Counted from the first letter of the stretch, positions 44,469 to 53,600 are shown. The stretch is 64,000 nucleotides of DNA from an uncultured Lachnospiraceae bacterium (GCA_910577645.1 CAJTOL010000017.1:696-64695); one strand, 5' to 3'. Notes: generated by a model not told the origin, from the letters alone. Translations and numbers: made by a program.

Positions 44469-47400
44469 TCAATATCCATTTTCCGCCTCCACACGTTCCT
44501 CCTTTGAGTAAATTTCATATTCCTTAGCCAGACCATAATAGATTTCCGCAGTTTTGGGATATTTCATACTTAAAAAATCTGCATTATCTCGATATTTCTC
44601 TGCAATTCGCCGTTCCGATTTTCCCGCATCCGGAGTGAAACCCCCTCTTTTATTGAAAATAGCAGTTCTATATTCCCTAATGAAACTATCGTCGGCATCT
44701 CTTTCAATCACGCACCTAACCGCTTCACATGGCTCATAGCCGTCCTTTCCCTTTGGGGAAAATGCAAATAATCTCCCCATCAAAGAACTATAAAGATTAG
44801 ATTGTCTCGACTCTGCAAGCAATATTTTAAATTTATCTGTCCATGCCTGCAATTTCTCAATATTTACCTCATCATTTTCCTCAGCAGGACAAAACTTGGC
44901 CTTGCGGTAAAATGCGTAAAGATTGCTTATATAGGACTTCTCTTTTTCTGATTTATTTTGCCGTTCTTCTCCCTGATGCCTGAAGATTATGGATACTATT
45001 TGCGAAAATATTTCCGGAGATCTTTTTACCTCTCTCTGAAAACATCTCATTCTTGTCCAATCCAGTACATTCATAAAAATCATTTCCAAAGCTGCAATTG
45101 CCATGCATTTTTCTTGATCCTCAATAAAGGCTTCCTGAACAGGCTGCAGCAAATTTTCAAGATAAAAATCTACCGTTTGAATATCCTGAGAACGCCTTAT
45201 TTTTTCAATGCCGTTTAGATAACCATAAATCTGTTCTGCAGAAAAGGGCTTATTTTGATTAATCGTATACAAAAGCTTCAGATATTCCTGCATAGTGCCA
45301 TATTTCCGACATTCTGATATTGCCCATTCTTCATGATGGGCAGGATGTCTTCCCGAGTTCTCCCAGAACCTATATTTAAATCTTTCTTCCGCCTCTGAAA
45401 TCAGCGGTAATTCAGATGTTCTAAATGCCTCTATCTCATATAGCTGCACAATAAAGTCCTCTTTGCACTGATAGAAATTTGCAAGCCGGAAACACTTTTC
45501 AAAAATATCCTTGTTAAAATCCTCTGCTGCCCACAAATAGTCTAAAGCCATTCTTCCTGAAATCTGTTTTTTTAAAAGCAGCTCATAGATATTAATATCA
45601 AATCTTCCTTCAGACCAATATCTCATTAATGCTCTTCCCAGAGAGTTTCTTTCATATTCTGCACAAATTTTTGCAAGTATATCTAAGCTGCAGCGATTCT
45701 CCCGAAACTCTTTTATTTTTTCCCGGACGGTCCTCTCCTCTTCCTTCTCATTAATTTCGCGCTTTCCTTCCTGATCGTATGGAACCGGATTTAGCAATGG
45801 AAAGTCCCTGCCTGAATTAAATAAGTACAGATATTCATATTCTGGAGTTGTTATTGTAATTTCTGACAGCAATTGCTCATAGGACGCTATTTCATCCTCC
45901 CTCATGGCCCATTCCGCTGAAGCAAAATATCGATGGCGGTAAATCAAACCGCGAATAGAATTTTTTATTTGTATTACTTCTGTATCCGACATCTGGGCAC
46001 ATTCATATAGTAATTTATCAAATATTTCCTCCCGCAATTGTTGGCTTACATTGGAAGAAAATTTCAACATTTTTTCCCAGCGCTCTACAGAAAAGTCCAT
46101 ATGTTTCAGCAGAATTTGCAAATAAGCAGCTGTTAATGCATAGATCTCCTTCCATGCTGCAGGTTTCGCATCATTGTGATCCCGGTATTTGGGAGTTTCC
46201 AGCGTTCCTACAATCGTAGAAAAATTCCCCGGCAAGGCATTGTATATAAATTCCCACCCATTCCGATCTAGTTCAAGAGCAAGCTCCGCCGCCTGAATTT
46301 TGTCTTTTAAAGAATCCAAAGCAGAAAAATTATAGCCAGGGAAGTACACCTTTGCAAGAATATCCTTAGGAGAGTTAGACTTATACCCAAAAGAACGGTC
46401 ATCTAGCTGCAACAGCCACTTTAATGCCCTTGATGCATATTCTCTCTGAGTTAAAAATTGTTCGATCCCCCACAAAATATTGATATATTCATTTCTTTCA
46501 AATAAACCATCCCCCGATTGAAATTCAAATAAATCCAGCAGCCCGGTATTCTTGTTTAGCTCGGACTCCAAGCGTCTTAGGACGGATTTGGGGGATACCT
46601 CGCATAGATTCGTAAAGAATGCAGAGATGTATTTCCATTGGACAACGCTCTGCACATAACCCAAAATTCTGTCAACCAAGGAATCTAATTCGCTTTGACA
46701 CTCTTCATCACTGCGGTAGAAGCCTTTCATAATTAAAGTTCGAATCATCCCGGTTCTTATTGTTCCTGACCAGAATAATTTTTCTCCTTTAAATTGCGCT
46801 AACAGTTTCTCCTGTGCAGAATAAGTAAACAAAGCTTCGGATTCATTTAAAACCTCAATAAACAGTTCTGTAAATTGTTTCCATAAAGGTTCTTCTGTAG
46901 AAATTGTCATACAATCCCATGTATTTTCAACACAGGCAAGGCAATACATTACTTCCTGATTTTTACGTACTTTATGGATAAATGGATCCTCGCCGGCTGT
47001 AAAAGGTAATAAGATTTCAATGAACTTCTCATATTTCAGGCCACTGAGAGTTTCTATAATGGCTTTATCCCCTTCCGCTTCTGTCCATTGCCCCAGAAGA
47101 AGGCAGGTTTTTTTTACCTGTTCCGGGATTTCGGTTAACCACAAAGGAGTTTTAAGATATGCGCCATTAAATATTTTTTTCTTCATAGGTACATATAGGC
47201 CATGAGTCTCCGCCACAAGTCTGCCAGCTTCGTTTATATCCATTCCCGCGCTGGACAAAGCATGTACTATTGTGGCATGAGTTCTCGGTCTGAAAGTTAA
47301 CGCCTTATGGGAAAAAACCGGCATCTCTTCAGAATATATAAAAATATTTGTATTTCCATCTATAGCTGTTATTTCATCTTTATAGAACCTGGGAATATAT

Positions 47401-48185
47401 ATGTGGCCAACCGCTGATATTTTTCGGAGCCTCTCCCAATCCTCATAACTCTCAACAACAAAAACTGCACGGTTATCCTTTATTTCCCATAGTTCATTCA
47501 ATATGCAATATAAGATTTCTTCCTGGCATTTTCCTTTTACATAGATACATTTATCATTTTTATGTACTTCAAATGATCTTTTGAATTCATCGTCATCAAT
47601 GCAAAAGAAGGAAATCCCAATTTTAGGATTTATCGTCATCCCCTTCAACCGGATGTCCATTTCATCAGCAGAATAAATTTCGATTCTCTGTTCCCGGTAT
47701 TTTGCCAGTTCCGATGTAACCACATCAATTTTCTTAGAAATGGTCTCCAATAAGGCGCTTTGCTCTTCTCTCCAATCCTGTTGAAAATAATGATCATACT
47801 TTTCCGGCGCCACTTCCCGAAGCTGCTCCAAAATAGTATACAGCATACCGTTTGCATAAGACTCAGCAACGCTATGGGGAATCTCATATTGGTCCATCAA
47901 CTCCATTAACTTATCCAGCAAATGAGCTTTTATGTCATATCCATCTTCGTTTTTCAAAGCTTTTGCAAGGTCAAGCATATTTTCTCTAGACAGAACTTCC
48001 GCTATATCGTCAAAAATCTGTTCTGCATATTTTTCATGCTCAATAAAAAATTTACCGGTATCAACAAATACCTTTTTCCAGTCCCGGGTACTTTTTAGTT
48101 TTTCTACTATATTGTTTCCGGCAGATACCAACATACCCGCGCCTTCTCCGGCAGCTAACTCTAATAGTATTTTTTTCTCAATCAT
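44469..48185 (-). CDS. Very large (1238 aa) hypothetical protein with no recognisable domain
   Basis: An uninterrupted ORF in AT-rich DNA. Start is ATG 48185 behind GGAGGGG, whereas the ORF-track start at 48233 is a TTG. I recognised no catalytic motifs. Confidence 0.7.
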   Translation of the reverse strand: MIEKKILLELAAGEGAGMLVSAGNNIVEKLKSTRDWKKVFVDTGKFFIEHEKYAEQIFDDIAEVLSRENMLDLAKALKNEDGYDIKAHLLDKLMELMDQYEIPHSVAESYANGMLYTILEQLREVAPEKYDHYFQQDWREEQSALLETISKKIDVVTSELAKYREQRIEIYSADEMDIRLKGMTINPKIGISFFCIDDDEFKRSFEVHKNDKCIYVKGKCQEEILYCILNELWEIKDNRAVFVVESYEDWERLRKISAVGHIYIPRFYKDEITAIDGNTNIFIYSEEMPVFSHKALTFRPRTHATIVHALSSAGMDINEAGRLVAETHGLYVPMKKKIFNGAYLKTPLWLTEIPEQVKKTCLLLGQWTEAEGDKAIIETLSGLKYEKFIEILLPFTAGEDPFIHKVRKNQEVMYCLACVENTWDCMTISTEEPLWKQFTELFIEVLNESEALFTYSAQEKLLAQFKGEKLFWSGTIRTGMIRTLIMKGFYRSDEECQSELDSLVDRILGYVQSVVQWKYISAFFTNLCEVSPKSVLRRLESELNKNTGLLDLFEFQSGDGLFERNEYINILWGIEQFLTQREYASRALKWLLQLDDRSFGYKSNSPKDILAKVYFPGYNFSALDSLKDKIQAAELALELDRNGWEFIYNALPGNFSTIVGTLETPKYRDHNDAKPAAWKEIYALTAAYLQILLKHMDFSVERWEKMLKFSSNVSQQLREEIFDKLLYECAQMSDTEVIQIKNSIRGLIYRHRYFASAEWAMREDEIASYEQLLSEITITTPEYEYLYLFNSGRDFPLLNPVPYDQEGKREINEKEEERTVREKIKEFRENRCSLDILAKICAEYERNSLGRALMRYWSEGRFDINIYELLLKKQISGRMALDYLWAAEDFNKDIFEKCFRLANFYQCKEDFIVQLYEIEAFRTSELPLISEAEERFKYRFWENSGRHPAHHEEWAISECRKYGTMQEYLKLLYTINQNKPFSAEQIYGYLNGIEKIRRSQDIQTVDFYLENLLQPVQEAFIEDQEKCMAIAALEMIFMNVLDWTRMRCFQREVKRSPEIFSQIVSIIFRHQGEERQNKSEKEKSYISNLYAFYRKAKFCPAEENDEVNIEKLQAWTDKFKILLAESRQSNLYSSLMGRLFAFSPKGKDGYEPCEAVRCVIERDADDSFIREYRTAIFNKRGGFTPDAGKSERRIAEKYRDNADFLSMKYPKTAEIYYGLAKEYEIYSKEERVEAENGY

Positions 48186-48400
48186 TTTTCTCACCCCTCC
48201 ATACAGTATAAACGAATTTTTTAATTCAGGCAATGTTTTTAGAACATTCGTTCTTTTCCGATTTCTTTGTAATACTTAATATTCCTTTGATACATCAATT
48301 TCTCCACTTATCATTTTTCTTTTAAATATATCCTCTCATAGCCCTAAACAGCCGCGCCCATTTATTCACTGAGACTATTTGCAATTTTCATAATCCACCA

Positions 48401-48429
48401 TTGATAAATCACAAATTTTCAGATATTAT
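48401..48429 (+). promoter_or_regulatory. Putative sigma-A promoter of the MFS-LacI unit
   Basis: TTGATA (48401..48406), a 17-nt spacer, then TATTAT (48424..48429), 44 nt upstream of ATG 48473. It is homologous to the promoter at 53388..53416. Confidence 0.5.
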
Positions 48430-48472
48430 ATTCATATGAAATTTTGATATGAATTAGTGTGAGGAAAAGAAA

Positions 48473-49663
48473 ATGCGAAACGCACAGAAAATACGGCTTA
48501 TTATCATCTATGCCTTATTTTATACCGCATATATGTCGTTCTTTCCGTTCCAGACCATGTATCTTTTGTCTCTGGGGTATGATAAAACCGCAATTGCAGC
48601 AGTTACCACCTGCACTGCCCTTGGCAATTTTTTGATACAGTATACGGTAGGAAGCTATGCAGACCGAATGCAGTCTGCAGGGAAACTTTTAAAAATACTT
48701 CTTCCCGCCTCAGTATTCGTTACAGGCTTTCTGTATTTTATACATGGAAACCTATTTCGTGTTATTCTGGCGGTTCTTCCCGTAACTCTTTTCGATTTTT
48801 CAGCCATGGGACAGCTGGATGCCTACACCCTTGCAGCATCCAACATAAACTCCTCTGTTCATTACAGTACTATGCGGGCTGTCGGAGGGCTGACCGGCGC
48901 CGGCGCCAGTGCATTATTTGGAATCCTTTACGCCAAAGTCGGGCTGGGCTACATGTTTTTCTTTCACGGCGGAATCATGTTTCTTTCTGCCTTTTCCTTA
49001 TGGTTTCTCCCTGAGATAAAAAAGCAAACTCCAGCCGGATCATATCAAAAGAAGGAAAAACCCGGCACCGCAGAATCCTCAATGCATCTTCTTCTGTGGC
49101 TTCCCATATTATTCTCTGGATGCCTGATCTTTCTTGGATGGAGAGCAAATATTATTTATCTTCCGGTACTGCTTAAAGAAGCCGGAGGAACAAGCGCCCA
49201 CCAGGGAGCCGCTATGGCAATCATGAATATAAGCAGCTTTCCGGTACTGTTGACTTTTCCACAGCTTACAAAGCACTATTCCCTTTCAAAGCTCATGGCT
49301 ATCGGCGGGACATTCATGGCTTTACGTATACTTTTTGTTCCTTTTCTGAAATCTGCCCAACTGCTGACAATGGTACAAGTTCTGGAAGGAGTAAGTTACG
49401 GCCTTCTTCAGCCAGCTATTATGGAATTGTTTGCCCGCCATGCTGCTGATCATGTCCGCGGCCGTATCGTTGCCCTGTGGACAGGAATACAGATGGCATT
49501 GAGTACAATTATTACGAATCTAATCGTAAGTGGTTTCAGTTTGTTTTTAGAGCTGAAAGCCATCTTTGCTATATTTGCAGTAATTACAATAATCGGTATG
49601 ATTCTGCTTCTGGAGTCCTGCGGAAAAATAACCAAATCATGGAGGAAAAACAGTGAAGTTTAA
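48473..49663 (+). CDS. MFS transporter
   Basis: 396 aa with about 12 TM segments. RBS is GAGGAAAAG. Confidence 0.75.
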   Translation: MRNAQKIRLIIIYALFYTAYMSFFPFQTMYLLSLGYDKTAIAAVTTCTALGNFLIQYTVGSYADRMQSAGKLLKILLPASVFVTGFLYFIHGNLFRVILAVLPVTLFDFSAMGQLDAYTLAASNINSSVHYSTMRAVGGLTGAGASALFGILYAKVGLGYMFFFHGGIMFLSAFSLWFLPEIKKQTPAGSYQKKEKPGTAESSMHLLLWLPILFSGCLIFLGWRANIIYLPVLLKEAGGTSAHQGAAMAIMNISSFPVLLTFPQLTKHYSLSKLMAIGGTFMALRILFVPFLKSAQLLTMVQVLEGVSYGLLQPAIMELFARHAADHVRGRIVALWTGIQMALSTIITNLIVSGFSLFLELKAIFAIFAVITIIGMILLLESCGKITKSWRKNSEV

Positions 49664-50687
49664 CAAAAATGTAAAAGTTGCGGATATTGCCCAGGCAGCA
49701 GGTGTAAGCCAGGCAGCAGTATCCCGCTATATTAACGGAAACGGATATGTGTCAGATGACAAAAGGCAGAGTATCGCCGCAGCAATGGAAGCTCTTGGTA
49801 TTCAGGTTTCTGACCAGCCTTCCATAAACCGGGGCAGAAACCGCAAAATCTTCGGTTTGCTCATTCCGCCGCTGAACGGAAATGTTCAGTATACATGTAT
49901 GGCAAGTTTTTTCTCAGAAGCGGCAAAAACACGGGGATATTCAACCAAAGTATATGCGGTTAATTTAAGCGAAACGGATTTAAATTCTGTTCTGCAGACT
50001 ATGCTGAAAGATCATCTTTCTGGAATCTTTATCCCGGTTGTCCCCATGCTGGAGCTGGACAGAAAAACACAGAAAACTATTACCGAAAGCGAGACCCCTA
50101 TTGTAATGTTTTCAGAGTTTTTAAATCCCTATCCCAAAATCAACAGTATTGTTAACAACTTTGATGCCGGAATTAATATGGCAGTGAATCATCTGTGGGA
50201 ATGTGGCTGCAAAAATATTGCACTGATGACTCCGCCCACCACTCAAAGTAAATCTGCAGTCCTTCAGCAGCGGGCATTCCGCAATATAGTCCTAACCTGC
50301 GGAACATGGGATAGTTGGCAGATCACAGAGTACGCCTGGGATGAATCGACTTTTGCCAGGGCCGGATACGAATGTGCACGGCTTGCATTTGAAAAAAATC
50401 CTAAAATTGACGGAATTATTGGATGGACAGATTCTTACACTGCAGGGATTCTATGGTATCTCTATGAAACCGGGCGCAATATTCCCAAAGATGTGAAAAT
50501 CGTTGCAAGTAACGACGACTATGCCGCATATCTCTGCCCTCCCGTCACTACATATTCCCTGTCAAACGAATCTGTTTGCACGGAAGCGCTGGATATGCTG
50601 ATTCGCCTTCAAAGTCCGCGGGAACGGGATAATATTAAGCATGTATACTTGACACCTAAGTTTACAATTCGGAAGTCAACTGAATAA
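49653..50687 (+). CDS. LacI-family transcriptional regulator
   Basis: The N-terminal HTH is VKVADIAQAAGVSQAAVSRYINGNGYVS, followed by a periplasmic-binding-fold core. The GTG start sits behind GGAGG and overlaps the MFS gene by 11 nt. Confidence 0.85.
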   Translation: MKFNKNVKVADIAQAAGVSQAAVSRYINGNGYVSDDKRQSIAAAMEALGIQVSDQPSINRGRNRKIFGLLIPPLNGNVQYTCMASFFSEAAKTRGYSTKVYAVNLSETDLNSVLQTMLKDHLSGIFIPVVPMLELDRKTQKTITESETPIVMFSEFLNPYPKINSIVNNFDAGINMAVNHLWECGCKNIALMTPPTTQSKSAVLQQRAFRNIVLTCGTWDSWQITEYAWDESTFARAGYECARLAFEKNPKIDGIIGWTDSYTAGILWYLYETGRNIPKDVKIVASNDDYAAYLCPPVTTYSLSNESVCTEALDMLIRLQSPRERDNIKHVYLTPKFTIRKSTE

Positions 50688-50877
50688 AAGTAGGATATAG
50701 GATGTATGCAAATTCATTGTGCATATTCATATGAATTTTTCATTGTGAATATGCTATGAAATATTTATGAAAACATTGGACATTATGTGAATTGAATTGT
50801 TTTTTCTACACTGTTAAAATTTGTTATAGAAAGTTCTGAAGCGATCTGTAAAAATACGAAAAGACGGGAGAAAAAAC

Positions 50878-52650
50878 ATGAAAGTGCAAAACACCAAAGC
50901 AAGCGCAATGTCCAAACGTACCCTCACTCTGGTTTTGGCAATGGCTGTATTCCTTCTCAGCGCATTGATTCTCAGAGTATCCCTGACAAACGGTTTTTCT
51001 GTTGATGTAAAAACGGTGAACTTTGTTACAGATGAAAGTGTTAATATGGGCGGAACACTGTGGGTTCCTTCTAATGCAACTGCAGAAACACCGGCGGCAG
51101 GCATCGTGGTTGCTCCCGGCGGAAATACCCCCCATGCCTTCTACTCAAGCTACTGCATTGAGCTTGCAAGACGCGGCTATGTTGTCTTTGCATACGACTA
51201 TTACGGAACCGTGGGATCCGGTATGACCATGGAGGGAAGTTCCGGTGCTGTTGCGGCAATGAAATACCTGGCCGGGTTGAAATTTGTCGATTCAGATCGT
51301 CTCGGCGCAACCGGCCACTCTAACGGCGGCGCTCAGGCATCGGCTGCCATTCTTAGCGAATATGCAGCTTCGGCAGCTGCCAGAAGCGTTGCATTTATCG
51401 GATGCGGCATTCCCGGCGAGGATCTGAGTGTTTATGACGGTGTAAACGTTATGGCAATCTGGGGTCTGCTGGACGAGTGTGGCCAGGGTGTCTTTTGGGA
51501 TGTGTATCATCAGGATTCTTTAAATTACGCTGGTATGGCAGATCTTGCAGGCGTACCCAAAAATGCAATGGAAACCGGAAAGTACTATGGGAATCCGGCA
51601 GACGGTTCTCTGCGTGTACTTTACACGCCAAATACATTCCACTCCCTTTCTAATATCGCCGGCTCCAGCGTATCCAGCCTTATAAAGTACTTTGATGATA
51701 CTCTTGGGGGAAACGTTACAGCCCTTGCAGATAATTCCTTTATATATGTATGGCAGGAAATTACCGTCCTTTTTATAGCCTTAAGCATCTGCATAATGAT
51801 TTTCCCAATGGGTTCCATTCTTCTTGAAACAAAAGTATTTGAACCTTTAAAAAGGCCTCTCCCGGAAGAAGCCGCAAAAGGAAGCCTTAAGCATTGGATT
51901 TTCCTCTTCCTTCCCGGCATTATCTCCGCAATGCTTGTTAAGTCAACCGTTATTCAGGGGCAGACTATTCTTGGAAAGCTTCCAAAGCTCTTTAACGTCC
52001 AGAGTACAAACGGATTTATTTGGTGGTTCTTCCTTTCTGCTTTGGTGGGTATTGTATTCTACTTTATTGGCAATTTGGCGGATAGCTCTGCAAATAGCCA
52101 GGCAGACAAACTCCGCCTCCAAACCAGTGTCTCCAACATTTGCCTGGCAGTGCTTTTTTCTCTGGCAGTTGTGGGCGTGCCCTACTTATTTGCCGTATTT
52201 GCAGAACGTATCTGCGGCTGGTACGGAAGAATTTTTCAGACCTACTTTGCGGCTATTCCTTCCGGAAGAATCGGACAATATATTATATACTACATCATGT
52301 TCCTCATCCTTTTTACAATTTATGCATTCCTTCAGACAGAATCTGTTCGTATCAAAGGAACCTCTCCCCGGGTACAATATCTGATTTTGCTGATCATGAA
52401 TGCTCTTCCGGCAATTATCTTCCTTGGGCTTCTTTACGGCAAACTGGTATTTACTCATGTTACTCCAATCAATGGCCGTGAAATGTCAAGAGCTCAGGGC
52501 GCAATGATGGGTATGCTCCTCTTATACCCTGTAATCGCAGGAGTCGTTAAGAAATTCTATCATAAAACGGCAAACATTTATGTAGCAGCCGCAATTAACG
52601 CGGCATTGATTACCTGGTTATCTGTCAATACTCCGCAGCTTATGGTGTAA
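50878..52650 (+). CDS. Alpha/beta-hydrolase domain fused to a C-terminal polytopic membrane domain
   Basis: N-terminal signal anchor, a dienelactone-hydrolase-like core with nucleophile elbow GHSNGG, then about 7-8 hydrophobic segments from about aa 290 to the end. Confidence 0.65.
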   Translation: MKVQNTKASAMSKRTLTLVLAMAVFLLSALILRVSLTNGFSVDVKTVNFVTDESVNMGGTLWVPSNATAETPAAGIVVAPGGNTPHAFYSSYCIELARRGYVVFAYDYYGTVGSGMTMEGSSGAVAAMKYLAGLKFVDSDRLGATGHSNGGAQASAAILSEYAASAAARSVAFIGCGIPGEDLSVYDGVNVMAIWGLLDECGQGVFWDVYHQDSLNYAGMADLAGVPKNAMETGKYYGNPADGSLRVLYTPNTFHSLSNIAGSSVSSLIKYFDDTLGGNVTALADNSFIYVWQEITVLFIALSICIMIFPMGSILLETKVFEPLKRPLPEEAAKGSLKHWIFLFLPGIISAMLVKSTVIQGQTILGKLPKLFNVQSTNGFIWWFFLSALVGIVFYFIGNLADSSANSQADKLRLQTSVSNICLAVLFSLAVVGVPYLFAVFAERICGWYGRIFQTYFAAIPSGRIGQYIIYYIMFLILFTIYAFLQTESVRIKGTSPRVQYLILLIMNALPAIIFLGLLYGKLVFTHVTPINGREMSRAQGAMMGMLLLYPVIAGVVKKFYHKTANIYVAAAINAALITWLSVNTPQLMV

Positions 52651-52707
52651 TTTGAAATAAGTTAAAACCAATACTGCCCATAAAACAGGTATCACCTTTT
52701 GTTTCCA

Positions 52708-52772
52708 GGGGATGCAGCAAAATGAATCTGTCAGCCTTTCTATTGCCGCTGTCCGCATTTTGTTACATCCCC
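52708..52772 (+). repeat. GGGGAT...GCAAAATG hairpin element downstream of the hydrolase gene
   Basis: GGGGATGCAGCAAAATG (52708..52724) pairs with CATTTTGTTACATCCCC (52756..52772), with 15-16 of 17 positions paired. It is related to the hairpins at 57485..57540 and 4399..4456. Confidence 0.6.
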
Positions 52773-52875
52773 TTCCCCCGTTTTAAACCATTATACTTTT
52801 TAACCCTTTTCCTGAAGGGATATTCGTATTGCCATCTGCCCTGCTTTTAGTGGATACGGGTACTGAGACAGCATA

Positions 52876-53361
52876 TCAGCACATTGCTGCTGCCTGAATT
52901 CCTGCGATTGCGCCATCGGCAACTGCTGTCGCCACCTGTCTCACTTTTTTTACGCAGATATCCCCCGCCGCAAATACTCCCGGGATCTCTGTCTGCATAG
53001 AATCGTCAGTCGGAATATAGCCCCCATCTAGCCTTAATTCTGTGTACATCTGCGTATTTGGGACAATCCCCACATATACAAATATCCCACACTCTGAATC
53101 TTTTACAATCTGCTTCTTCCCTGTTTTGTTATCTGTAAATTCAAGCTCTTCCACCGCTTCGCCGCCATATACTGCCGTAAGACTTGAATGTGGCATAATT
53201 TCAATATTATCGTGGGTCATTACTTTATCTTTGAATTCCTGTATACATGCAAGTTCATCTTCCACACATACAATGATTACCTTTGCTGCGATTTCAGCCA
53301 GATAAAGGGCTTCCTTTACTGCTCCATCCGCTCCGCCGATTACATAAACAGTCTTTCCTTT
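52876..53361 (-). pseudogene. 5'-truncated paralogue of the trxB-like gene (covers approximately residues 137-297)
   Basis: It translates to KGKTVYVIGGADGAVKEALYLAEIAAKVIIVCVEDELACIQEF...GIQAAAMC, collinear with 40840..41337. An in-frame stop lies directly upstream and there is no start codon or N-terminal FAD fold. Confidence 0.8.
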
Positions 53362-53600
53362 TTAAATGATTGGCTCTAAATTTATCGTTGATAAACTGTA
53401 AATTTTCAGATATGATATTCAATATGAATTTTCACTGTAAATTTCTTGCGAAGGGGTCGTTGCAAATTTATTATGAAGCGAAAATCAAAGGTATACTTAA
53501 AGCTATTTTTATCATATTTAGGGATTTTGGTTATACCTATTTTAGTGGCAGGGGGAATTTATGGCCGAGTCTGGCAGATTATGCGGGCGCAGACTTCCAG
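52884..53600. repeat. Right copy of the diverged direct repeat (truncated trxB-like + intergenic region + intact araC-like 5' end)
   Basis: See the left copy at 40859..41940. Relative to it, this copy lacks the equivalent of about 41338..41810 and retains about 110 bp (53408..53520) that are deleted in the left copy. Confidence 0.8.
53388..53416 (+). promoter_or_regulatory. Putative sigma-A promoter of the araC-like sensor-regulator gene
   Basis: TTGATA (53388..53393), a 17-nt spacer, then TATGAT (53411..53416). Confidence 0.5.

Noticed and set aside
44469-48185. An Rx4-6H (HEPN-like) match, RGLIYRH, in the giant protein.
   Set aside because: Such short patterns occur by chance in a 1238-aa protein, and no supporting HEPN helical context could be judged by eye. 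I did not use it as evidence.
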